DNA from: Polyangiales bacterium
GTDB taxonomy: Bacteria > Myxococcota_A > Polyangia > Polyangiales > Ga0077539
Direction: 5' to 3'
DNA: 64,000 bases
Assembly (NCBI GenBank): GCA_044229975.1
Contig: JBGARZ010000012.1
Span: forward strand, 224,001-288,000
A program made the translations under genes and the position numbers. A model generated the notes under the pieces. It was given only the letters and a program-made list of their open reading frames with translations, made no database searches and was not told the origin of the DNA. This document shows positions 47,077 to 54,554 of the stretch, piece by piece (position 1 is the first letter of the stretch; each line of letters starts with the position of its first letter).

Positions 47077-47882
47077 GCGCCACGGAGAAGCCGGTGCGGC
47101 ACGTGCTGGGGTTGTCGGGAGGGAAGGACTCCTCGGCGCTGGCGATCTACATGCGCGAGCGGGTTCCGGAGATGGAGTACGTCTTTTGCGATACGGGGAA
47201 GGAGCTCCCCGAGACGTACGAGTTTCTCACGAAGATGGAGGCGTATCTCGGCAAGCCGATCCAGCGGCTGATGAGCGAGCGGGACTTCGATCACTACCTG
47301 GATGTGTTCAATGGGTATCTCCCGTCGAGCCGGATGCGGTGGTGCACGCGGCTGCTGAAGCTGAAGCCCTTCGAGCAGTACGTGGGCGACGACCGGGTGG
47401 TGAACTACGTGGGGATTCGCGCGGACGAGCAGCGCGAGGGGTACATCTCGACGAAGCCCAACATCACGTCGGTGTTTCCCTTCCGGGAGGACGGGCTGGT
47501 GAAGGCCGACGTGCTTCGGATATTGGAAGAGAGCGGGGTGGGGATTCCGGGGTACTACCGGTGGCGGTCGCGGTCGGGGTGCTCGTTCTGCTTCTTCCAG
47601 CGGAAGGAAGAGTGGGTGGGGCTCAAGCGGGAGCACCCGGACTTGTTTGAAGAGGCCAAAGGCTACGAGAAGACGGACGCGACGACAGGGGAGCGGTTCA
47701 CGTGGCGCAAGGGCGAGACGCTGGACGAACTGGTGGCCAGGGAAGAGGCCCGGGGCGGGGAGGAGAAGCGGCCCGAGCGCGCGGTGAAGCGGAAGAATCT
47801 GCCGCTGGTGAGCGTGTTTGCGGACGAGGGCGATGGGGACGAGGACGAGGATGAGCGGCCGTGTCTGATTTGTGAGTTGTAG
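47073..47882 (+). CDS. sspD: PAPS-reductase family protein (SspD/DndC-like)
   Basis: PP-loop SGGKDS, RWCTRLLK, GIRADE, SGCSFCFFQ, C-terminal CLIC. Confidence 0.88.
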   Translation: MSATEKPVRHVLGLSGGKDSSALAIYMRERVPEMEYVFCDTGKELPETYEFLTKMEAYLGKPIQRLMSERDFDHYLDVFNGYLPSSRMRWCTRLLKLKPFEQYVGDDRVVNYVGIRADEQREGYISTKPNITSVFPFREDGLVKADVLRILEESGVGIPGYYRWRSRSGCSFCFFQRKEEWVGLKREHPDLFEEAKGYEKTDATTGERFTWRKGETLDELVAREEARGGEEKRPERAVKRKNLPLVSVFADEGDGDEDEDERPCLICEL

Positions 47883-47893
47883 GGAGGACGGGC

Positions 47894-48535
47894 TTGAACT
47901 TCCCATTTCCTAGTTACCGCTTTGACGAGCTTGACCAAGCTCCTGATCAACCTGGCATTTACGCTTGGTACCATGAAGTCCGCCTCACCAGTGCCGACAT
48001 CGACCAGTTTGTGCAGCAGATCAAGAAGCTAGAGACCGGGGCGCGACCGCCAGTGGTCGAGAGCTACCTCCGCGAGCGAGTCTTCGATCCGTACAAGGAG
48101 TCACCGTACCAGATCGCGCTGCGGGGAGGGCTGAAGCCGGAGTACGGCGGGCACGTCAACCACCAGCCTCGGGTTTCGAAGACGACGATAGAGACGCTGG
48201 CAGAGAAACCCGACGGGATTCGCGAGATTCGTGATCTGCTGAAGCGAATGGTGCCGGTGTTTGCGAGTCCTATCTACATTGGGGTAGCGACCCGCTCCCT
48301 GCGCACCCGCCTATTGCAACACCAGACACTTCTGGTCGAGTATCGAGAAACGCCTGCGGCAGCAATCCCTGACGACGAAGACCACTCCTTTGCCTATGAG
48401 GCGATCTGCGAGCGCGGTTTGTCGCCTTTAGAGCTGATTGTCTACGCCATGGAGACGCCGGTGTCGCGCGAAATGCAGCTTGCCGCCGAGTACATCTTTA
48501 ATCGCATCAACTACCCGCTCTGCGGGCGAAGGTAA
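47894..48535 (+). CDS. GIY-YIG-like nuclease with long insertion
   Basis: PGIYAWY...PIYIGVA..SLRTRL.QH...E...N; TTG start after GGAGG. Confidence 0.75.
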   Translation: MNFPFPSYRFDELDQAPDQPGIYAWYHEVRLTSADIDQFVQQIKKLETGARPPVVESYLRERVFDPYKESPYQIALRGGLKPEYGGHVNHQPRVSKTTIETLAEKPDGIREIRDLLKRMVPVFASPIYIGVATRSLRTRLLQHQTLLVEYRETPAAAIPDDEDHSFAYEAICERGLSPLELIVYAMETPVSREMQLAAEYIFNRINYPLCGRR

Positions 48536-48540
48536 CGCTG

Positions 48541-50754
48541 ATGATCCCGAAAGCACCCAAGAAGCAGAGCGCGCTCGACCTGACCATCAAAGGATCCATG
48601 GGCGATTTCGTCGTATCGCAAGGAGGAACTTCCTCGGTGCGAGTCAACTATCTCCTGAGCCACATCGGGCTGGAGCTCGAAGGCGATCATCAAGAGCGCC
48701 TGCTGTCACGCATCGCCCCGTTTCGTGAGGTATTCGATACCCGAACGTTGGACTTCGACCAGATCATGCAGCGAGACATCGACGACTCGCGCGTCTCGGC
48801 TGACCTTATCCGATATCTACTAGAGAAGGCCAATACGGGATTGGTCAAGCTCTTCCCACCGATCATCGTAGTGCTGCTACCGACGGACGCGGGTGGCAAG
48901 CCCGCGTCCTTCTACCCACCGGTCGAGGGCGCGACCATTGAACAAGATGAGTCTCAATTCGAGGTGGTGCGCTCTGGAGCAGTCGGGCAGGAGGTATTTG
49001 AACTGCGACGCTGGCTTGTCGACGGGATGCCCCAGTCGCACGATTTCGCCGAGTTGCGCATCAACACCAATCGCTGCAAGTTGGTCATCGTCGATGGCCA
49101 GCACCGCGCGATGAGCTTGCTGGCGTTGTACCGCAACATCAAGGGCTGGCCCGAGCGCACCCGCAACGTTGAACCCTATTACAAAATCTGGACGCGTGCC
49201 CGGATCATGGATTTCGACCTGCACCGCGCCAAGATGCCGATCATGTTCTGCGTCTTTCCACAGCTCGACGGGCAGCAGGACAACGCCCAGCTCAAGGTTC
49301 ATGAGGCGTGTCGATCGATCTTCCTGGCTCTGAACAAGAACGCTCGCCCGGTTACGCGTTCGCGCAACATCTTGCTGGACGATCGGGATGTGGTCGCAAT
49401 GTTCCTGCGCGAGATCCTCGGATACATCAAGGACCGCAACATTGGCACCATGGAGAGCATTCGGCTGCCTGCGGTCGAGCTAGACAATGACAAGAACCAA
49501 TCGGTGTTGAAGTCACCGGTCGCCATCACTGGCGTTACCCATCTCAACGGGCTCGTCGAGCGCCTGATGCTCGCGATTCCCCCTCAGCCGGGGCTGACGG
49601 TCAAGGCACAGAACCTCTGGCTGAGCACGCGTCTCGACAAGTGCTTTGCTCGTCTGGGGGTTCAGGATCAACTCACGCCTGACATCGAGAAACGTGTACG
49701 TCGGGACGCGTGCGATCGCGAAGTGATGTCGGTTCTGCGGAGCGCCTTCGAGGTGGTCTATCGGCCGGTGCTTGTTCGCGGACTCGACGCTTTCGCGCCG
49801 TATCGCGTTCACCACGAGGCGTCTACGGCCATGCACATGAAGTTGGACGCAGGAGCAACGTCCGATTTCTATCGAGCGATCCTGTTTGAGGGCGAAGGCA
49901 TGAACCGGGTCTTCGAGGACTTCCAGAAGCGTCTCGGAGAAATGCTGGACGACGACGAGTTCGCGACGCCCGAGCTCAAGCAGACGCGCGACGAGTTCAC
50001 CGGTCGACAGGCCAGCCTCGCCAAGGAGGTAGAGGAATTTCAAACTGACCGTGTGACCCGACTGCTCGGTGACGTGCCGAAGGAACTCGCGGGTAGTCCG
50101 AAGATCCAAAAATGGATCAACGACGACCTCTATGGAGACACGCTGACGACCGCAGCGTTTCAGAACGCGCTGTTTTTGACGTTTTTCGGAGTCATCGAAC
50201 AGATCAACAGCGACCGATCGAGGCCACCCGCTGCGGCGCCCGCGCTGACGGCGGTAGAGATCGGCGAGATGTTCGAGGGCTACCTCTCAGACCTCAACGC
50301 GTTCTTCTCTCCCAAAAAGCGGGCGGGATTGGAGAACCTCGTTGCGGTGTTCCACGGCGAGCTTCGTTCTGATGGCGCGCTGATCGCGACCAACGCCAAC
50401 CTCAAGAAGATCCTGTTGCCCACGGAGCTCAAGCCCGATGAGTGGCCGAAGTTCCGCGCCATGTTGCAAGAACTCTGGCACCCGGCCCTGCCAGAAGCGC
50501 GCAGCCTGTTGGTGGCACACCGAGACATGGTGCGACGACAAGCGCTCGAACGTTACATCGCCCGGGCGGTCACTGAGTTCTGTCGGGACAAGGCGATTCG
50601 CGAGAAGGACCTTGGCGCCCCTGAACGTGAGCAGATCGAGCAGACCTGCACCGACCGGCTCGTGAAGGGGCTCTCGGCGCTAGGTTCTAAGGTGAACGCG
50701 GACGACCTACTGAAGAGCGTGCGCGCGACGCCCCCAGAGCAAACGGAGGAGTGA
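48541..50754 (+). CDS. DGQHR (DndB/ParB-like) domain protein with large C-terminal extension
   Basis: MQRDID..RV, FPPII, IVDGQHR, FLALNKNARPV; 5 bp after the GIY-YIG gene. Confidence 0.88.
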   Translation: MIPKAPKKQSALDLTIKGSMGDFVVSQGGTSSVRVNYLLSHIGLELEGDHQERLLSRIAPFREVFDTRTLDFDQIMQRDIDDSRVSADLIRYLLEKANTGLVKLFPPIIVVLLPTDAGGKPASFYPPVEGATIEQDESQFEVVRSGAVGQEVFELRRWLVDGMPQSHDFAELRINTNRCKLVIVDGQHRAMSLLALYRNIKGWPERTRNVEPYYKIWTRARIMDFDLHRAKMPIMFCVFPQLDGQQDNAQLKVHEACRSIFLALNKNARPVTRSRNILLDDRDVVAMFLREILGYIKDRNIGTMESIRLPAVELDNDKNQSVLKSPVAITGVTHLNGLVERLMLAIPPQPGLTVKAQNLWLSTRLDKCFARLGVQDQLTPDIEKRVRRDACDREVMSVLRSAFEVVYRPVLVRGLDAFAPYRVHHEASTAMHMKLDAGATSDFYRAILFEGEGMNRVFEDFQKRLGEMLDDDEFATPELKQTRDEFTGRQASLAKEVEEFQTDRVTRLLGDVPKELAGSPKIQKWINDDLYGDTLTTAAFQNALFLTFFGVIEQINSDRSRPPAAAPALTAVEIGEMFEGYLSDLNAFFSPKKRAGLENLVAVFHGELRSDGALIATNANLKKILLPTELKPDEWPKFRAMLQELWHPALPEARSLLVAHRDMVRRQALERYIARAVTEFCRDKAIREKDLGAPEREQIEQTCTDRLVKGLSALGSKVNADDLLKSVRATPPEQTEE

Positions 50755-50777
50755 CCGCCACAGGGTGACCCATCACC

Positions 50778-51113
50778 TCAAGCCGCCGCGTAGTCCCCAA
50801 ACCGTCGCCGGCTCAGGTGCTGAAACGCCAGCACGATGCGGTCCTTGGGGACGCCGGCCGCTTCGAGGTCGCGCGCGATGCCGCGCTCGGTTCCGTCGTG
50901 CTGGATCCATATCTTGCCGTCGATGATATCGACGTGAAGTAGCGGCGCGTGGACGCGCTTCGGCCCCTCCCACCCAACGGCCATGAGCAGGTAGTGGTCC
51001 TGCGCGCGGTCGAAAACCGTCGAGAGCGCGATGTCCCCGTAGGACACCGGCACACGCGTTTCCTCAGTCAAAAGGCTCTCGATCAGATCGCGCCACTCGG
51101 CTGGGGCATCCAT
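50778..51113 (-). CDS. xisI: XisI family protein
   Basis: FDR..DHYLLM.VGW, HVDIIDGKIWIQHDGTE.GIA.DL..AGVPKDRIVLAF. Confidence 0.93.
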   Translation of the reverse strand: MDAPAEWRDLIESLLTEETRVPVSYGDIALSTVFDRAQDHYLLMAVGWEGPKRVHAPLLHVDIIDGKIWIQHDGTERGIARDLEAAGVPKDRIVLAFQHLSRRRFGDYAAA

Positions 51114-51517
51114 CGGACGATCCTTTCCTGCGCGGGGTCGAAACACAAGATGCGATCGAGCGCGTGTTGCAACGCCACCTCGCCAATCGGCTCCTGAAAC
51201 AGGGTGTTCCACACGTCGTCGGGTACCGCAACGAAGAGCATGCGCCCGGGGTCCTGCTGCGCAAGCAGAGCGCGGTAGAGCACGTGCTGACCCACGGTCT
51301 GTTCCAGTGCCTCTACATCGGAGGGACCGCCGAAGGTCTTGATCTCCACGGCAATGCGCAGAGTGCCCTTCTCCGCTGCGAGCATCCGCTCGGCGCCGAG
51401 GTCGACGTAAAGGTTGCGGCGACCGGACGTCACCCGCAGCGGATCATGCGTCACCGTCCACCCATCGTGGATCAGCGCGTTTTTCAGTGCAGCGTGCAGA
51501 CGGTCTCTTGCGGGCAT
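51083..51517 (-). CDS. xisH: XisH family protein
   Basis: MPARD..H..KNAL..DGWTVTHDP, VDLGAE..LAAEK, IAVEIKTF, GQ..LYR. Confidence 0.93.
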   Translation of the reverse strand: MPARDRLHAALKNALIHDGWTVTHDPLRVTSGRRNLYVDLGAERMLAAEKGTLRIAVEIKTFGGPSDVEALEQTVGQHVLYRALLAQQDPGRMLFVAVPDDVWNTLFQEPIGEVALQHALDRILCFDPAQERIVRWMPQPSGAI

Positions 51518-51580
51518 GACTTGTGATCCAGTGCGAGGCTGTCCGTCGCACGCCCACGGCATGCCGGTCAACGCGCCCCC

Positions 51581-52420
51581 TCACCGCGCGCACCGAAACC
51601 CCACGAACGCGCTCCGGTACCCCATCTCGTAGCGCCCGCGCCCCAGCAGCTCGCCCGCCGTCCTGTCGCCGTCCGTCCACCCGTGCCCGCGCACCACGTG
51701 CGCCACCCTCACCGTGTCGTCGGGCCGCAGCACCCGGTCGGCCGTCCACTCCGCGACGTTGCCCGCCACGTCGAGCACCCCGTACGCTGACGCGTCCGCC
51801 GCGAAGCTCCCCACCGGCGCCGTCGCCCCGAAGCCGTCGTCCGCCGTCCGCCACGACCGGTGCTCCGCCCCGTGGCTCGCGAACCACCGCACGCACTCCG
51901 GCCCGCACAGGCTCGCCCGCGCCGCGTCCGCCGTCCGCTCGTCGCCCCATGGGTAGCGCCGCTCGTCGTCGCCCCGCGCCGCGTGCTCCCACTCCGCCTC
52001 CGTCGGCAGCCGCGCCCCGCGCCACCGGCAGTACGCGTCGGCGTTGCGCCAGTCGACGCAGTTCATCGGGTGCGCCTCCCCTCCGGCCCGCCCGAGGTTG
52101 CACGCCGGGTCGAGCGAACGCCGCACCGCCGCCGTCACCCCCGCCCACGCGACGGCGCGCTGGGGCGCGCAACGCCCCGCCGCCACGCAGGCCCGGTACG
52201 CCCGCACCGTCACCTCCGTGCGGTCGATGCAGTACGCCGCGAGCTCCACCTGCCGACGCGGGTTGTCCGGGCCGTGCACGTCGTCGCGCGAGCCGATCCA
52301 CGCCCGCGACGCGGCTAACCCCACCATCCCGTCTGGGCACTCCACCCCGCTCTGCGCCTCGACCGCGCCCGCGCCGAGCACCAGCGCCACCAGCGCCACC
52401 AGCACCACCCACGCCCTCAC
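51581..52420 (-). CDS. Secreted SUMF1/FGE-sulfatase domain protein
   Basis: Signal peptide, CP.GM, IDRTEVT, P.NCVDW..A..YC, RLPTEAEWE.AARG, GNVAEW, GFRCA; GTG overlaps the methyltransferase stop. Confidence 0.9.
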   Translation of the reverse strand: MRAWVVLVALVALVLGAGAVEAQSGVECPDGMVGLAASRAWIGSRDDVHGPDNPRRQVELAAYCIDRTEVTVRAYRACVAAGRCAPQRAVAWAGVTAAVRRSLDPACNLGRAGGEAHPMNCVDWRNADAYCRWRGARLPTEAEWEHAARGDDERRYPWGDERTADAARASLCGPECVRWFASHGAEHRSWRTADDGFGATAPVGSFAADASAYGVLDVAGNVAEWTADRVLRPDDTVRVAHVVRGHGWTDGDRTAGELLGRGRYEMGYRSAFVGFRCAR

Positions 52421-54477
52421 GCCACCACCCGCATCCCCGCGGGCGCCGTCATCCCCGCGAGCACCCCCCGCATCGCCTCCAGCCCCGGCCCGTACCCGCT
52501 CCAGTCCACCCCTTCGCCCGCCGCCACCCGCAGCGCCTCGTCGAACCCCCGCTGCCCCGCGTACCCCTCCATCGCCGCGTGCATGTACCGCGACTTCATC
52601 CACAGCGGCTGCGGCTCATACTCGCCCCCGTATGCGTAGTAGCTCACCTGCTGCCGCCGCAGGTCGATCTTCACCCGCTCCACCATCAGCGGAACCGCGC
52701 TCCCCTCGTAGTCGTCGTACCGCATCAGGCTCACCTTCCCGGAGCCGATGTGCAGCTTCACCACGTCGGCGTTTTGCGCCTCGCCGTACAGCTTGCCCGC
52801 GCACCCCACGTAGACCCTCAGCGCCGGCGGCAGCTCGTTGACCAACCTTGCATCCACCTGCAACGACTCGCCCGCCACCAGCGCCCCGATGCCCTGCGCC
52901 GCGGCCGCCTCGCACGCGGCCTCCACCGCCCGCGCGTCGCGCAGCGAAAACAGTAGCCGCTGCCCCGCCTCCGCCGCCTTCGCCTGCGACCCCCAGAACT
53001 CCCGCACATCCCTCGCCGCCCGCGCGCCCAACGCCCCCGCCGACCGCCTCCGCTCGAAGAGGTTCAACGCAAAGAACACCGACAGATCCCCCACGCGCCG
53101 CACCCGCGCCTGCTCCAGCTCTTCCGCGCCGCGCTCCTCCGTCAGACGCCGCAGCACCACTGCCGCCGACGCCACGTCGCGCGTCAGTTCGCCCATCCGC
53201 GCGAACTCCTCCTCGCGCGGAGCCCTCCCGATCGCCACGCACGCCCGCCAGAACTCCTCCACCAGCTCGGCGTGACGCTCCCATCGCGTCGGCGCCTTCG
53301 GCTTCGCCACCCGCGGCGCGCGCGGCTCTCGCGCCGGTCGTTCCACCGCGGGCCGCACCGGCATCGCCCCGAAGCGACCCGACGACCGCTGCCGCTCTTC
53401 GAGGAAGTCCTGCTCGTCCTCGTCGCGACGAAACACGAAGAACAACCCCGGCCCCACCGACACCGGCTCGCGACCGAGCGCCGCCGCGACGTAGTCGCCG
53501 AGCTCTTCGTGGCCGAAGTACTTCTGGAAGGTGCTGCGCGACGTGAGCACCCCATCACCAAACGCCCGGTGCTGCTCGCTCGCCGCGCGCCCGCCGAGAA
53601 TCGCCGACACCGCCAGCACCTTGCGGGCGAGCCCGTACGCGCGGGTGAGCGCCTCGCGCCGCTCGTCGGGGTCTTCGATGACGTTGAGGACGAAGCCCAG
53701 GTTGACCACGTCGGCCTCGGCGCGCGGAGCATCGGGGCGGTAGTACGGGTCCCAACCATCGGCCGTGACGCCGCTCGCCGCGAGCGCCGCGAGGTCGTCG
53801 CCGCGCCCGCAGCCGTAGTCGAAGACGCTCAGCGCCGCCCCGAGGTACCCGTGCCGCCACAGCGCCTGCATCGGCGTCGACAGCGCGCGTCGCGCCATGG
53901 CCGTGCGGTGACGCAACACCTCGGCCGACTCGACGGTCTCCAACGGCACCAGCGAGTGCCCCTCCACCCGCAGCCCCTTCGCCCGAACGATCTCCTCCCA
54001 CTGCCTCCGATGCCCGATCACCAATGGGTTGGCGAAGAGACCATGGCCCTCGGCCGCCGCCGTGAGCGCCGCAAACGCCGCGCGATGCGGGTCGTCGGTC
54101 GGTAGCAGCAGCTCCTTGCGGTGCAGCACCGGGGGATTGCGCGCGAGGTCGTAGGTGCGGTGCTCGCAGCGACGCTCGGCGAGGTCGATGGTCCAGGCGT
54201 CGGAGAGCAGCGGGAAGGGGCGCTCGAAGAAGTCAGGGTACGAGAGCAGCGACAACCGCCGCGCGTCGGGCGCCAGCTTGAGCACGTTGAAGCCCTCAGC
54301 CGGACCACCCACCGCCGCCACCTCTGCGCGCAGGTACGCCAGCGTCTCGTCGGGCACCGCGCTCAGATGCACGTAGCGCGCGCCGCCGACCACCTTGCCC
54401 GCGGTGATGCCACCGACGTGCGACCGCCACCGCCCCAACGCCTCGCCGTCTTCATCGCGGGGATCGGTCGTCGCCAT
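52417..54477 (-). CDS. DNA phosphorothioation-associated putative methyltransferase
   Basis: RHRTAM.R..LS.P, FDYGCGRGDD, GWDPYY, DVVNLGFVLNVIED, DGVLTSRSTFQKYF, NPPVLHRKE, LRVYVGCA..LYG, DVVKLH..SGKVS. Confidence 0.9.
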   Translation of the reverse strand: MATTDPRDEDGEALGRWRSHVGGITAGKVVGGARYVHLSAVPDETLAYLRAEVAAVGGPAEGFNVLKLAPDARRLSLLSYPDFFERPFPLLSDAWTIDLAERRCEHRTYDLARNPPVLHRKELLLPTDDPHRAAFAALTAAAEGHGLFANPLVIGHRRQWEEIVRAKGLRVEGHSLVPLETVESAEVLRHRTAMARRALSTPMQALWRHGYLGAALSVFDYGCGRGDDLAALAASGVTADGWDPYYRPDAPRAEADVVNLGFVLNVIEDPDERREALTRAYGLARKVLAVSAILGGRAASEQHRAFGDGVLTSRSTFQKYFGHEELGDYVAAALGREPVSVGPGLFFVFRRDEDEQDFLEERQRSSGRFGAMPVRPAVERPAREPRAPRVAKPKAPTRWERHAELVEEFWRACVAIGRAPREEEFARMGELTRDVASAAVVLRRLTEERGAEELEQARVRRVGDLSVFFALNLFERRRSAGALGARAARDVREFWGSQAKAAEAGQRLLFSLRDARAVEAACEAAAAQGIGALVAGESLQVDARLVNELPPALRVYVGCAGKLYGEAQNADVVKLHIGSGKVSLMRYDDYEGSAVPLMVERVKIDLRRQQVSYYAYGGEYEPQPLWMKSRYMHAAMEGYAGQRGFDEALRVAAGEGVDWSGYGPGLEAMRGVLAGMTAPAGMRVVA

Positions 54478-54554
54478 GGCTTCCGCGGTCGATGGTACTT
54501 GAAGCCTACCGGGTCGATCTGGCGCCTTGACGCGACCTCTCCGCTCACCCTTCC

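Noticed and set aside
42767..47882. BREX type 4 or sulfate-assimilation CysH interpretation
   Set aside because: No PglZ or BrxL and no cys pathway genes in the window; separate DUF4007, ATPase and PAPS-reductase genes near a PT-associated methyltransferase fit an Ssp-like system better.
50778..51517. fdxN-type excision element
   Set aside because: No XisF-like recombinase or interrupted target gene is visible.
51581..52420. Diversity-generating retroelement target (FGE/C-type lectin fold)
   Set aside because: No reverse transcriptase and no template repeat of the 3' end found in the window.
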